This document shows, in pieces, positions 9,525 to 20,334 of a DNA stretch of 53,131 bases. Where the stretch lies: assembly GCA_030637025.1 (NCBI GenBank), contig DAOVVV010000017.1, forward strand, positions 1-53,131, read 5' to 3'. A model generated the notes under the pieces. That model did not search any database and was not told the DNA's origin. It worked only from the letters and a program-made list of their open reading frames with translations. The DNA is from Clostridia bacterium (lineage in GTDB: Bacteria > CBDUZB01 > JAGLHV01). Every line of letters begins with the position of its first letter. Positions within the stretch are counted from its first letter, which is position 1. The translations under genes and the position numbers were made by a program.

Positions 9525-11408
9525 TTATTTTTTGTCATTCCATAAATCTTTATAAGTATAATAAGCCTGACGGAGTTGACGCAAGAAAGGACTTTTGCTT
9601 CCATCCCCCTGGCTACAAATTCCCAACCATTCATCCAGAGAACAAGGTTCATCAAAATTTTTGTCCATTCCTCCCCATATATCCTGTTCATCAGGAGAAA
9701 ACTCACTGGAATGTCCTGCTTTCCACCATTCGTCTAACCACTGGTAAACTATTCCTCCCAAAGAGTTGCCTGCCCCACTACCGCCCCGGTTGTAGGTTAT
9801 GTCTTCCCAGCAACCGTAGTGATAATCTGCCTGTTTCTTTTCGGAAAACTCCTTGCTTTTTTTATGTTTATAAGAATAAATCCCGTATTCAGTTATAAAA
9901 ACAGGCCGGTCACAACTCTCCTTTATTTCGTTCCATAATCCCCCAAAACCTTTATCTCCCCGATAAGCATTACATCCGAATATATCCACATCCGGACAAT
10001 ACTTAACAAAATAACTCAAATATCCCAGGTCTCCATTACAAATTGCTACAGGATGGTCGGGATCAAGCTGGTGAATTATTTTAGCTACTTCATTGACAAA
10101 TTTATAATATACAGCGGGATCTTTCTGACAATTATTAGCTACTCCGTAATTATTTTCGTTTCCCAAAACCCAGAAAAGAACATAGGGTTCATCCTTGAAT
10201 TCCATAACCATCTTTTTTACCCCTTCAATCATCTTTGCCCGCTGTTGGGGATTACTATAATCCGTCCCCTCCTCCCAACTTGCTCCGGACCCCACACTGT
10301 ACATACCTAAAAAATCTCCCATTATGGACATAATCCCATAATTTTCATAAAGTTCCCGCAGCAATTCTTTATTAGCTGCAGAATGATAATTTCTTATAGT
10401 ATTACACCCCATTTCTTTTAACAATTGAAAATCTCCTACCACCGGTTCATCCGCATCCTGTTTGTTATTACCGTTTTTATCTACCCATGAATCATAGGGC
10501 CCATCTATTTTCCCATTTTTATTATAATCACAAAGCATCCAATCAGCTAAATCCAAATTATCCGGACTCTGGCCAATTTTAGTTGCTCCATAAGCCATTC
10601 CCTTTATTATATAGGGTTTCCCTTCCACCAACAACTGCCAATGACCATTTTTATACTTCACCAGCTGTACTTTTTTCCCACCTATACTCTTAACAATTTT
10701 TGACTTTTTAAGCTTAACCTTTTTGGGTGCTACGTTTTTAGGTTTACATTTAACTATTTTTCCCGGATTAGTAATAATTATATCATTCTCGGTATCACGA
10801 TCATCAAAACTATTTACTTTAATCTTAGCTCCTACTAATTTCATCCCTAATTCCGGATGATTACGACAAAGCCAGTTAATTCCGTCTATGGCTGCCGGCC
10901 CTAAATATATCGGTGTCTGCCACATAAGTGTCCATGTTACAGTTTTAGGATAATGAACTATTATAGCATAATAAGCTTTTATCGCGTGTACATAATGACC
11001 TGCTTTCTGTAAAGCAAAAGCAGTATAAAAAAGTTTTACTCCTGCTGCTTCTGAAGCAGTAGCCCATTTAAAAAAATCAAGCTGGGTATCATCTCTATCA
11101 ATAAACTTCCAATGTGAACCTTCTAACCTGCCTTTATGTTTTGCTTCCTGGTATTCCATATTTTTTATTATACTATTACTCGGATGAATTCCTTCTCCTA
11201 TAGCTGCAGCTAATCCTTTTCTATCGGTAATTTTATATTTATAATCCGGCGTCCCAACTTTCTCAAATTCTCCATATTTCTCATAATCAACGATCCTTTC
11301 TTTCCCCGGGTCTAATAAAGTAAATAGTTCTTTGCCTAGAATATTTACCCGTAAAGAAAAAATAAACATTATTAACCCCGCCATTGCTAGTGCTCTACTC
11401 TTTTTCAC
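9525..11408 (-). CDS. Clan GH-A glycoside hydrolase (GH2-like TIM barrel) with N-terminal TPR-like segment
   Basis: NTIRNYH, WVLGNENNY, ITEYG, QWLDEWW; GTG start after GAGGGGG. Confidence 0.8.
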   Translation of the reverse strand: MKKSRALAMAGLIMFIFSLRVNILGKELFTLLDPGKERIVDYEKYGEFEKVGTPDYKYKITDRKGLAAAIGEGIHPSNSIIKNMEYQEAKHKGRLEGSHWKFIDRDDTQLDFFKWATASEAAGVKLFYTAFALQKAGHYVHAIKAYYAIIVHYPKTVTWTLMWQTPIYLGPAAIDGINWLCRNHPELGMKLVGAKIKVNSFDDRDTENDIIITNPGKIVKCKPKNVAPKKVKLKKSKIVKSIGGKKVQLVKYKNGHWQLLVEGKPYIIKGMAYGATKIGQSPDNLDLADWMLCDYNKNGKIDGPYDSWVDKNGNNKQDADEPVVGDFQLLKEMGCNTIRNYHSAANKELLRELYENYGIMSIMGDFLGMYSVGSGASWEEGTDYSNPQQRAKMIEGVKKMVMEFKDEPYVLFWVLGNENNYGVANNCQKDPAVYYKFVNEVAKIIHQLDPDHPVAICNGDLGYLSYFVKYCPDVDIFGCNAYRGDKGFGGLWNEIKESCDRPVFITEYGIYSYKHKKSKEFSEKKQADYHYGCWEDITYNRGGSGAGNSLGGIVYQWLDEWWKAGHSSEFSPDEQDIWGGMDKNFDEPCSLDEWLGICSQGDGSKSPFLRQLRQAYYTYKDLWNDKK

Positions 11409-11580
11409 TTTTACCCCCTCTGTTTTTGTTTGTAAGATTTTTTATATTATAATATTTGTAGTTCTTTTATACCATAAAAACACCTAAAAGTCAACATATC
11501 ATTCTTAGTTATAAGACATTCCTTATAAATTTAGTCCAACAAAAAAACCTCTTTATCAACCAAATTTCAAAGAAAGGAGT

Positions 11581-12852
11581 CTAGTCTACCCACAACCACC
11601 AATTAAATAAGGCAGCTGAAGTAACCGCTGCTAAAGTAAAAGGTAACCCTACTTTAACAAAATCCCAGAAAGAAATAAAATGACCGTTCTTTTTTAACAA
11701 ACCTACTGAAACAATATTAGCTGAGGCTCCGATAGGAGTAATGTTGCCCCCCAAACTTGCGCCGATTAAAAGCCCAAAGAAGAAAAGAGGGGAAGAAAAT
11801 CCACCCCGAAGGGTAATGGTTTGAACTACAGGCAACATTGCCACCAGAAAAGGTATGTTATCAATAAAAGCAGACATAAAAACCGAAAAAGTAATTAAAA
11901 CTATATATGCCAATCCCTGATTTGACCCAACCAATTTAGAAAATTTATCAGCAAAAACAGACATCCATCCCGCTTCTATTAAAACCCCCACTAAAATAAA
12001 AACAGTCATCAGGAAAAACATAGTTTGCCAATCAAGTTCTTTCAAGGAAACAAAGAGTGTCTTTTTCTTGTTTTTTATCAGCCAGAACAAGGCCAGGAAA
12101 CCACCTGCCATACAAATAGTTCCGTTAAGATATTCAAAATTAAAACGAACAAAGGAAGTAACGGCAAGGATAATAATTACTCCCATCAGAATTATTGCAG
12201 GAACCAAACTTTCTACTTTTTCTTTTCTCACCAGAGAAACTTCCTGTTTTTCCTTGCGGAAGAACAAATAAAGAACAACTAAAGAAATACAGGCACCGAT
12301 TTGCACGGCAAAAAATATTCCCACTTTTCCCTGATAAAAAAAGAAATCGCTAAAGGTTAAGTTCATAAAGCTGGCCAAAAGCATACTGGGAGGATCTCCG
12401 GTAAGGGTTGCCGCTCCCTGCAGATTAGAAGATACCGCCAGAGCAATTAAGAAAATAGTTGGGTTCATTTTAATTCTTTTAGATAAAGCCAGAGCAATGG
12501 GAGCAACTACCAGAAAAGTAGATACATTTTCCACAAAGGCAGAAATAAACCCGGTAAGAAAACAAATTGCCAATATCCCCCATACTGCTTTCTTTAATTT
12601 ATAAAGGATCCATTCGGCTAAATAAGCAGGAACATTAGAAAGCATAAAGGCATCGGCTACAAAAAACATGCCAATTAAAATGCCCATTATATTCCAATTA
12701 ATAAAAGTTAACGCTTTGATTAAATGAATCTGTCCGAAAAAAAACATAGCAATTGTTCCCAAGGCACCACAAAGCATTCTTCTGGCAGGAAAAATCATAA
12801 AAAGAAAATATGAAAGAACAAAAATAAATAAGATTATATTTCGTGTATCCAT
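11581..12852 (-). CDS. ArsB/NhaD (SLC13-like, IT superfamily) permease
   Basis: Highly hydrophobic; SAFVENV, SNLQGAATLTGDPP, SAFIDNIPF, LGGNITPIGASAN motifs. Confidence 0.88.
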   Translation of the reverse strand: MDTRNIILFIFVLSYFLFMIFPARRMLCGALGTIAMFFFGQIHLIKALTFINWNIMGILIGMFFVADAFMLSNVPAYLAEWILYKLKKAVWGILAICFLTGFISAFVENVSTFLVVAPIALALSKRIKMNPTIFLIALAVSSNLQGAATLTGDPPSMLLASFMNLTFSDFFFYQGKVGIFFAVQIGACISLVVLYLFFRKEKQEVSLVRKEKVESLVPAIILMGVIIILAVTSFVRFNFEYLNGTICMAGGFLALFWLIKNKKKTLFVSLKELDWQTMFFLMTVFILVGVLIEAGWMSVFADKFSKLVGSNQGLAYIVLITFSVFMSAFIDNIPFLVAMLPVVQTITLRGGFSSPLFFFGLLIGASLGGNITPIGASANIVSVGLLKKNGHFISFWDFVKVGLPFTLAAVTSAALFNWWLWVD

Positions 12853-13049
12853 AATGGTAAAATATTATACATTTTACCATTAAATTTTGCAATAGCAAAA
12901 TATGTTAAAAAAAACAGTCCTTACCCCATAAATTTTGAGTGTTTATCAGATACGTAACAATAAAAAATATCGTATTACTAATTTTTTACTTGAAAATTTT
13001 AGAGATTTACTATATTATAGAGACGTTTATTGCTGACTACTAATAAATA

Positions 13050-13200
13050 GACTTCTGCAAAATAGCTTTTTATCTTTTTTGTCATTCCTGCGAAAGCAGG
13101 AATCTGTTGATATTTAAAAACATTATAAATTCCGCATCATCCTTCGCCTCAGGCGGATTAGGCGAAGAGGAATGACAGAATATTATCTTTTGCAGAACTC
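13050..13200. repeat. Palindromic MITE/REP-like element in the gyrA leader
   Basis: Terminal IR TTCTGCAAAA/TTTTGCAGAA; inner GTCATTCCTGCGAAAGCAGGAATC...GGAATGAC; nested CTTCGCCTCAGGCGGATTAGGCGAAG. Confidence 0.7.
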
Positions 13201-13227
13201 TTACTACATAAAATTAAAGGAGATTCC

Positions 13228-15672
13228 ATGACTGACACAACAAAAGAAAATATCGGGAAAGTTATTCCCTGTACTATTGAAGATGAAATGAAAAAATCTT
13301 ACATTGATTATGCAATGAGCGTAATCATCGGCAGAGCATTACCGGATGTCCGGGATGGATTAAAACCGGTTCATCGGCGTATTTTATTTGCCATGAAAGA
13401 AATGGGTTTATCTCATAATAGGCCTTATAAAAAATCCGCTGCTGTAGTCGGAGATGTATTAGGAAAATATCATCCCCACGGTGATACTGCTGTTTATGAT
13501 ACAATGGTTCGGTTGGTACAAAAATTTTCTATGCGCCACCCTTTAATTGACGGACAGGGTAACTTTGGTTCTATAGACGGAGATTCTGCCGCAGCATACC
13601 GTTATACTGAAGCACGCTTAACAGAATTAGCCGCTGAATTATTATCCGATATTGACAAAGAAACGGTAGATTTCACTCCTAATTTTGATAATACCCGGCA
13701 GGAACCGGTAGTTCTTCCCAGCGCCTTTCCTAATCTTTTAGTAAATGGGTCTTCGGGTATTGCCGTAGGAATGGCCACAAACATACCGCCTCATAATTTA
13801 GGGGAAATAATAGATGGTTTATTCGCTCTCATTGACAATCCGGATATTGAAATTAAAGAACTAAATAAAATAATCAAAGGACCTGATTTTCCTGCCGGGG
13901 GTATAATTCACGGGAAAAACGGCATAAAAGAAGCTTATCTTAACGGAAGAGGGTCAATAAAACTCCGTGCTAAGGTAGATATCGAAGAAAATAGCCAGGG
14001 AAAAGAAACTATTATCGTTAAAGAAATTCCCTATCAAGTCAACAAATCCTCCCTGGTAGAAACCATTGCCAAATTAGTAAGGGATAAAAAAATTGAGGGA
14101 ATTTCTGATTTAAGGGATGAATCGGATAGAAAAGGAACCCGGGTAGTAATTGAATTAAAGAGAGAAGCACATTCTCAAATCGTTCTTAACCAATTATTTA
14201 AGCATACTCAATTAGAAACTTCTTTTGGAATAATTATGTTATCGCTGGTAAACAACCGCCCTAAAGTGCTTAATCTAAAAGAAATGCTGTATTATTATCT
14301 CCAACATCGTCAGGAAATGGTTGTCCGGCGCACTCAGTTTGAACTGAAAAAAGCAGAAGCCCGGGCACATATTTTAGAAGGATTACAAATTGCTTTAGAC
14401 AACTTAGATGAAATAGTTAAAATTATTCGAGCCTCTAACAATGTAGAAGCAGCAAAAACGGCCTTAATGGAAAAGTTCCCTTTAAGTAAACTCCAGACGG
14501 AAGCTATATTAAATATGAGATTACATCAACTAACCGGCTTAGAAAGAGAAAAAATTCAACGGGAATATTTGGAATTGATTAAAATAATAGAAAAATTTAA
14601 ATTCATTTTATCCAGCCCGCAAAAGGTATTATCTATTGTTAAAGAAGAATTATCCGCTATAAAAGAAAAATATCAAAACAAAAGAAGAACATCTATCGTA
14701 GCCAAATCAATAGAAATGGATATTGAAGATTTAATTCAGGAAGAAGAAACAGTCATTACCATATCTCACGCCGGATATGTAAAAAGGCTGTCCCTTTCTG
14801 TCTATCGCGCTCAACACCGGGGAGGAAAAGGGTTAATCGGAACAACCCTTCGGGATGAAGATTTTGTAGAGAATATTTTTATTACTTCTACTCACAGTTA
14901 TCTGCTTTTCTTTACCACTTTTGGACGGGTTTATTGGCTGAAAGTTTATGAAATCCCGGAAGGAAGCAGACAATCTAAAGGAAAAGCCATTATTAACCTT
15001 ATTTCCCTTTCCTCCAATGAAGAAAAAATCGCTGCGGCTATCCCGGTGAAGGAATTTAATCTTGATACTTTTTTAATAATGGTCACACAAAACGGGACTT
15101 TGAAAAAAACAGCTTTAACCGAATATAGTAATCCCAGAAAAAAGGGTATCATTGCTATAAACTTTAAAACAGGGGATTCTTTGATTGATGCAAAACTTAG
15201 TACCGGGACAAATTACATAATTATCGGAACTAAAAAAGGAATGGCCATAAAATTCAAAGATCAGGAAGTAAAAGCTATTGGAAGAACCGGAAAAGGTGTT
15301 CGCGGAATAAAATTAAATAAAGGAGACGTGGTTATTGGAATGGAAACAATGTCCGAAGACGACACCCTTTTAAGTGTCACTTCCAACGGCTATGGAAAGC
15401 GCACCAGGATAAAAGAATATCGTCTTGTCTCCCGTGCTTGTAAAGGCGTAATTAATATCAAAACCACAGCAAAAAACGGAGAAGTGATTGGTATAAAGCG
15501 GGTAAATAAAGAAGACGAAATAATGCTGATCACCGCAAAAGGTATAGTAATTCGGGAAAAAATTAAAAACATCCGCACCATCGGACGAAGCACACAAGGA
15601 GTAAAATTAATCAGATTAGAAAAAGACGATCGCCTGGTAGGTCTGGCTAAAATAATTCCTCAGGAAAGTTAG
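13228..15672 (+). CDS. gyrA: DNA gyrase subunit A
   Basis: [22 protein letters not shown], catalytic RYTEAR, GyrA-box QHRGGKG, C-terminal pinwheel repeats. Confidence 0.98.
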   Translation: MTDTTKENIGKVIPCTIEDEMKKSYIDYAMSVIIGRALPDVRDGLKPVHRRILFAMKEMGLSHNRPYKKSAAVVGDVLGKYHPHGDTAVYDTMVRLVQKFSMRHPLIDGQGNFGSIDGDSAAAYRYTEARLTELAAELLSDIDKETVDFTPNFDNTRQEPVVLPSAFPNLLVNGSSGIAVGMATNIPPHNLGEIIDGLFALIDNPDIEIKELNKIIKGPDFPAGGIIHGKNGIKEAYLNGRGSIKLRAKVDIEENSQGKETIIVKEIPYQVNKSSLVETIAKLVRDKKIEGISDLRDESDRKGTRVVIELKREAHSQIVLNQLFKHTQLETSFGIIMLSLVNNRPKVLNLKEMLYYYLQHRQEMVVRRTQFELKKAEARAHILEGLQIALDNLDEIVKIIRASNNVEAAKTALMEKFPLSKLQTEAILNMRLHQLTGLEREKIQREYLELIKIIEKFKFILSSPQKVLSIVKEELSAIKEKYQNKRRTSIVAKSIEMDIEDLIQEEETVITISHAGYVKRLSLSVYRAQHRGGKGLIGTTLRDEDFVENIFITSTHSYLLFFTTFGRVYWLKVYEIPEGSRQSKGKAIINLISLSSNEEKIAAAIPVKEFNLDTFLIMVTQNGTLKKTALTEYSNPRKKGIIAINFKTGDSLIDAKLSTGTNYIIIGTKKGMAIKFKDQEVKAIGRTGKGVRGIKLNKGDVVIGMETMSEDDTLLSVTSNGYGKRTRIKEYRLVSRACKGVINIKTTAKNGEVIGIKRVNKEDEIMLITAKGIVIREKIKNIRTIGRSTQGVKLIRLEKDDRLVGLAKIIPQES

Positions 15673-15712
15673 ATTTATAAAAATTACTAAGATAATATTC
15701 CAACAGCTAAAA

Positions 15713-16141
15713 ATGAAAAAATTAGAATGTATTAACCACCCTGCAGATTTAGGATTTAAAGTTTACGGAAAGAATGTAAAAGACTTATTTAATAATGCAG
15801 CCTGGGGAATGCTTAATATTTTAACCGACTTAGATAAAATAACTCCCCGGGTGACAATAAAAATAGAACTAAAAGCCGCTAATCTGGAAGAACTGCTCAT
15901 AATCTGGTTAAACGAATTACTTTATTACTATAATACCCAACAAATCATTTTCAACAAATTTAAATTTCTAAAAATTAATGAAAGTTATCTTTGTGCCACT
16001 GTTCAAGGAGAAAAAATTAATCCTTCTAAGCATCAAATAAATATAGAAATAAAAGCAGCCACCTACCACCAATTAAAAATTAATTATTTTCCTAAATATA
16101 AAACTTACCCCTGGCAAGTACAAATAATCTTTGATGTATAA
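15713..16141 (+). CDS. Archease (SHS2 domain)
   Basis: HPADLGFKVYG...WLNELLY...EIKAATYH...IIFDV. Confidence 0.93.
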   Translation: MKKLECINHPADLGFKVYGKNVKDLFNNAAWGMLNILTDLDKITPRVTIKIELKAANLEELLIIWLNELLYYYNTQQIIFNKFKFLKINESYLCATVQGEKINPSKHQINIEIKAATYHQLKINYFPKYKTYPWQVQIIFDV

Positions 16142-16162
16142 AAATACAGGCAAATCCTAAAT

Positions 16163-16224
16163 CCCCGCCTTATCTCCTCCAGAGGCGAAGTGGACCCGCC
16201 TTACGGACTGGCGGACAGGCAGGC
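16163..16224. repeat. Small GC-rich palindromic insertion cluster (CCGCC-n-GGCGG / GGCAGGC type)
   Basis: CCGCCTTACGGACTGGCGGACAGGCAGGC in AT-rich intergenic DNA; same type as the nested piece at 13142-13167 and the inserts in repeat B1. Confidence 0.5.
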
Positions 16225-16283
16225 AAATTCCAAATTCGAAACTCAACCTTTTAAACAAAAATAAACGACAGGGTAAAATACAA

Positions 16284-16338
16284 GGGGTCAGGCATTGAAC
16301 GTTGAATAGCTTATATTCAAATTTCAAGGTCTGACCCC
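16284..16338. repeat. REP/REPIN-like inverted repeat between convergent genes
   Basis: GGGGTCAGG...TTGAATA/TATTCAA...TCTGACCCC fold-back. Confidence 0.55.
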
Positions 16339-16370
16339 AATTTTTTTATCAAAGGATAAAGCAGAGGTTT

Positions 16371-16826
16371 TTATTTTTTCCTTTTTTTCAAATGTCCTTT
16401 TATGGTTTGAGAACAAAGCGCATAATAAGAACACTTTTTAAAACAAATATTTTTCTCACCGTTAAGATGTCTCATTTTACAATGGTGAAAATCTTTAGCC
16501 ATTTGATTAATTTTATCTTTCACCGCTTCACTCAATTTAGTAAAACCGATACCAACAGTATATGTCCCTGTTTTTTCTTCTACTCTAACTATTTTTCCTA
16601 CTACTTTTTTGATTTTTAATCCGGGAATATTTATGCTTAATTCCAGTAAAGATTTTTCCGGTAAAGGAATAAAAGTAATTACTACCACCCCTCCGGCACT
16701 CAAATCCATCATAATCCCCGGAACACCTTCCTTAATCTCACAGGAAGAAACTTTTAACATAATAGGCTCAACCAAATCAGAAATAATCGGGAACCTGGAA
16801 TGTTTTCTTCTTTCTTTTTTAATCAT
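16371..16826 (-). CDS. PilZ-domain protein with C-terminal Cys-rich tail
   Basis: RRKHSR (RxxxR) and DLSAGG (DxSxxG) c-di-GMP motifs; four Cys in the last 40 aa. Confidence 0.85.
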   Translation of the reverse strand: MIKKERRKHSRFPIISDLVEPIMLKVSSCEIKEGVPGIMMDLSAGGVVVITFIPLPEKSLLELSINIPGLKIKKVVGKIVRVEEKTGTYTVGIGFTKLSEAVKDKINQMAKDFHHCKMRHLNGEKNICFKKCSYYALCSQTIKGHLKKRKK

Positions 16827-16979
16827 ATTACCCTTTCAATAAAAAGCTTTATTTTAGATTTATTTATCTTTAATATACAAAATTACTTTTTATTTGACAA
16901 GGAAAAAGTTTGAATTTTTTTTTAAATTGGCTGGAAAAAAAATATTCCCTTAAAATTATTCCGGCAAACCTATAATAAT

Positions 16980-18065
16980 TTAAATTTTCTCCTCTCTCCA
17001 TGATAATATTTTAGTTTTAAGTACACCACCCGGTAATCCGTTTAAAGCATCATTATAATCCATATCTGCCGTTCCTAAAGAAGTAAAACTATGCACGTTC
17101 ATCGACCCATCAGCAAGACTGGTTCCTGATAAAATAGCATCATAAGCAGGAGCATATACAGCAGCATAAAGATCCGCAGTACCGTCAAACCTTACAGTAC
17201 TACCAACCGGCCCTGTTCCATAAATAAGAAAGTTAGTTGCATCCAGCGAGGAATTTACAATACCTGTGCCCCCGGCATCAATATCACCGGAACAATATAT
17301 AATCACCGGACCAAGTGTCGAATCTATGGTTATCCTGGCAGTTCCTCCAATATTTATAGAACTACAAATATAAGTCCCTGCAGTTAAAACTAAATCAGCC
17401 AGCCCCACTAAATTTATCTCCCCCAGATCAGAAGTATAGACCCCGGGCATTTCCGGAGGTTCAAAATCATCTACTGCAGATTCTCCTTCGCTAACCGTTC
17501 CGGTAACCCGTTCAGGATTTGTAACAGTACCACTGGTAATAACATCCCCCTGGATCTGGCAATCTCCCCCGGAAAGGTCAACCCCCCCGGCACCGGCAGT
17601 AATAGCAAAATCAAAAGGGGCAATATCTATTCGTTCAGCTGTAACAACAATTTTTCTTTTTTCCTGTATATTAGTCACATTAGGCACATAACCAATAGCA
17701 CTTATCTGATATCGGCCATCCGGCAATACAGCACTTTCTCCGGGAGGAATAGAACCCGGGGTAGAAACACCTATAGAATACTGTCCTGAAGATAAAGTGT
17801 CCACAGATCCTACCGATTCCGAAGCAAAAGAGGAAAAACCGGTATAACCGGGATTATTAGTTACTTCGACCATTGCCCTTTTTATTCCGGCGTCAGCCAC
17901 CTGAACGGCCCGAATTGTTGCTTTTGCTCTTACCGTCGCTTCCGTTTCTATTTTAGTTAAATTGGATAAACCCAACCCAACAGGAATTAAAACTAATACC
18001 ATTAAAACAACCAGAGGCAGAACCATGCCTTTTTCCGTTAATAAAAATATGTTTTTTTTATCCAT
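16980..18065 (-). CDS. PilX/GspK-like minor pilin with beta-rich C-terminal domain (paralog X1)
   Basis: Class III signal KG|MVLPL lacking E5, hydrophobic helix, AVQVADAGIKRA motif; ends SWREEKI like its paralog. Confidence 0.8.
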   Translation of the reverse strand: MDKKNIFLLTEKGMVLPLVVLMVLVLIPVGLGLSNLTKIETEATVRAKATIRAVQVADAGIKRAMVEVTNNPGYTGFSSFASESVGSVDTLSSGQYSIGVSTPGSIPPGESAVLPDGRYQISAIGYVPNVTNIQEKRKIVVTAERIDIAPFDFAITAGAGGVDLSGGDCQIQGDVITSGTVTNPERVTGTVSEGESAVDDFEPPEMPGVYTSDLGEINLVGLADLVLTAGTYICSSINIGGTARITIDSTLGPVIIYCSGDIDAGGTGIVNSSLDATNFLIYGTGPVGSTVRFDGTADLYAAVYAPAYDAILSGTSLADGSMNVHSFTSLGTADMDYNDALNGLPGGVLKTKILSWREEKI

Positions 18066-18118
18066 TTTTTTCCCCCTTTATTTAAATTTTTCTAATTTAT
18101 AAATTATATATTATCAAT

Positions 18119-18160
18119 AAAAAAACCGGGTTAATCCTTGTTTTCTACGGATAACCCGGT
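18119..18160 (-). terminator. Intrinsic terminator, expression platform of riboswitch 1
   Basis: ACCGGGTTATCC-loop-GGATTAACCCGGT followed by a T-run on the minus strand. Confidence 0.8.
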
Positions 18161-18193
18161 CTTTAATATACCTTTTTTTACTTTCCATTTCCC

Positions 18194-18274
18194 TTGGGTA
18201 GCCCAGCCTCCCTGTTATGTATCCGGGACCGTAGCTTTGTGCCTCCGCCTTACGGCGAATTTACCTTTTTCCAA
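18194..18274 (-). ncRNA. c-di-GMP-I (GEMM) riboswitch 1, G20 type
   Basis: Minus strand TTGGAAAAAGGTAAATTCGCCGTAAGGCGGAGGCACAAAGCTACGG...GCTGGGCTACCCAA; GNRA loop, P1 TTGG/CCAA; upstream TTGACA-17-TATTTT. Confidence 0.85.
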
Positions 18275-18365
18275 TATTTTTAAAAGAACTATTTCTTTAA
18301 CTATCTCTCATTATAAAAATAGCACACTTTTTAAGAACTGTCAAGCCAAATTCCACCACAGCTAT

Positions 18366-18929
18366 TTATACGATAAAAGCACCATTAATATTCTTTATCT
18401 GCCTGACAATATCTTTTAGAGCGTCACACATTTTAACAAAATCTTTAACATCCGAAGGATTTTTAGAAAGGTCTTCAACGACTTTTTCTATTTGTTTACT
18501 AATCAGTTCTATATTAGCTCTTTCTTTTACAATTTCTTGCTGTATAAAGTTAATAGCCTCATTTACTTTTTGGGATAGTTCCTGTAATTCGTCATTTTTA
18601 CGTAAAACCACTTTCTGATTAAAATACCCGCCTCTCAACTTATCAAAAATCTTTTCGAAACGGTAAATAGGCCCGGCAACCCGGTGGGATACTAAAATAC
18701 TAAGCCCTACTCCAATAACAATAAGGAGTAAAATCCAGGATGTCATTAATACCTTAAAAACATTAATTTCCACTAATTGGTTAACAATAGCTCTATCCAG
18801 ACAATAAGTTCCCCAAGACACAACCATTCCGGTCAAAAGCATTAATAATAATATAATTATGGTAAACCTCATCTGAAACTTCATCTTTATAAGTTTAATT
18901 CTTCTCTTATTTCCACTTTTTTCTGACAT
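18366..18929 (-). CDS. Two-TM HAMP-domain protein with coiled-coil tail
   Basis: Two TM helices, SHRVAGPIYRFE...LRKNDELQEL HAMP pattern. Confidence 0.75.
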   Translation of the reverse strand: MSEKSGNKRRIKLIKMKFQMRFTIIILLLMLLTGMVVSWGTYCLDRAIVNQLVEINVFKVLMTSWILLLIVIGVGLSILVSHRVAGPIYRFEKIFDKLRGGYFNQKVVLRKNDELQELSQKVNEAINFIQQEIVKERANIELISKQIEKVVEDLSKNPSDVKDFVKMCDALKDIVRQIKNINGAFIV

Positions 18930-18952
18930 ATTTTCTCCTTTCTAATTATCCC

Positions 18953-19630
18953 TTAATTTAAATTAGGAGGACTTACTCCTCCTCTTAAAATAAACTCTTC
19001 TCTTCCTGCCGCAGTTCCTTCCTGCCCAACTCCCTTTTTCACTGTCAAAGTAATTTCAATGTAACGGATATCATAACGGTCATTACCTACAACCGGATTC
19101 GTCGGTAAAGGATTTCCGTTAATATCTTTATACATAAAATTTAAACCTGTTACTTCCACTGCCGAAAAAGTAAAATTTTTATTCTCAGTTATTCCACCTG
19201 CCTTTACCGAATGTCTTTGAACTTTTGTAGTCCCCACAGGAATAGAAAAAGTAATTGTTTCCGTATCTACATTAACCGCCCAATTAAGGTCATTATCTTT
19301 AACTCCATCGCGATTTAGATCCCGCACTACAGCGTTAAAAACAATTCTATCATCTTCAGCAATATCTATAGCCGGCCCATTCCCCCCACTACCAACATCC
19401 GTATTCCCAAATACATACCCTGCTTGCCGTATTTCTCTAATCATTTGCTGTAAAGCAATTCGGGCATTCTGTTGAACGTCTCTCTGTTGATCTGTCTTTA
19501 TCCATAGCCTTGTACTCCCTTGATATACAGAAGCAAAAGCCAACATAATCATCCCCAAAATAGCCAAACTAACCATTGTCTCAATTAAGGTAAATCCCCT
19601 ATTTTTCTTTTTTACCAATTTACCACTCAC
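18953..19630 (-). CDS. Type IV minor pilin, PilW-like (W1)
   Basis: Prepilin motif RG|FTLIE; QQNARIALQQMIREIRQAG. Confidence 0.85.
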   Translation of the reverse strand: MSGKLVKKKNRGFTLIETMVSLAILGMIMLAFASVYQGSTRLWIKTDQQRDVQQNARIALQQMIREIRQAGYVFGNTDVGSGGNGPAIDIAEDDRIVFNAVVRDLNRDGVKDNDLNWAVNVDTETITFSIPVGTTKVQRHSVKAGGITENKNFTFSAVEVTGLNFMYKDINGNPLPTNPVVGNDRYDIRYIEITLTVKKGVGQEGTAAGREEFILRGGVSPPNLN

Positions 19631-19642
19631 TTGCCGTCTCCC

Positions 19643-20146
19643 TTATGGTTTAGCAATAATTGTTTCCAGTGTTACTGTCCTCAATAATGAAGAATCTATA
19701 GATTCAACGAAAACAGTTACAGTTTTATAACTGCTAACACCTACAACCGTAGTCACTACCTTATATTTCCGATTACCCCTAACCCCTGCTGCACCGGTAG
19801 AAAGAATAATCGGGTTAAACGGATCAGGATAAGTATTATCAGGACCTAATTGAATTTCTCGATAATTAGCCGTTTCAATAGTCCCGGAATCATTAGTATC
19901 ACCTATTTCATACCCGGTACTGGTAGAAGCAACTCTTTTTACTATTTCAATAAATTCTTCTGCTCGCTGAGTAGCTAATGTATCCCATCTATCCCGCACA
20001 TTACCTTTCATTACCATACTCAACACAGGAATCAGTCCTAATAAAACAAGAGATAAAAGGACCATTCCTACTATTAATTCTATAAGAGTCATTCCTCTTT
20101 GTTCTCTTATTTTACTAACTTTTTTTCTTTCCATCATTATTTCCAC
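19643..20146 (-). CDS. Type IV minor pilin, PilV-like (V1)
   Basis: Prepilin motif RG|MTLIE; short globular domain. Confidence 0.8.
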   Translation of the reverse strand: MEIMMERKKVSKIREQRGMTLIELIVGMVLLSLVLLGLIPVLSMVMKGNVRDRWDTLATQRAEEFIEIVKRVASTSTGYEIGDTNDSGTIETANYREIQLGPDNTYPDPFNPIILSTGAAGVRGNRKYKVVTTVVGVSSYKTVTVFVESIDSSLLRTVTLETIIAKP

Positions 20147-20334
20147 CTATAAAAATCATTTCTAAAATTAAATCAAAACACACACTATTTTTCTATTAAA
20201 CAATATATCTCTATTTTTTAAATCTGTCAAGAAAATTCGGGCAGGAATTTGTTTGGTGATTCTAATAACTTTTAAATTTATCACCAAAAAAATACTTTTC
20301 TTTTAAAAAATTTACGACTTTAAAAAAGGCCCTA

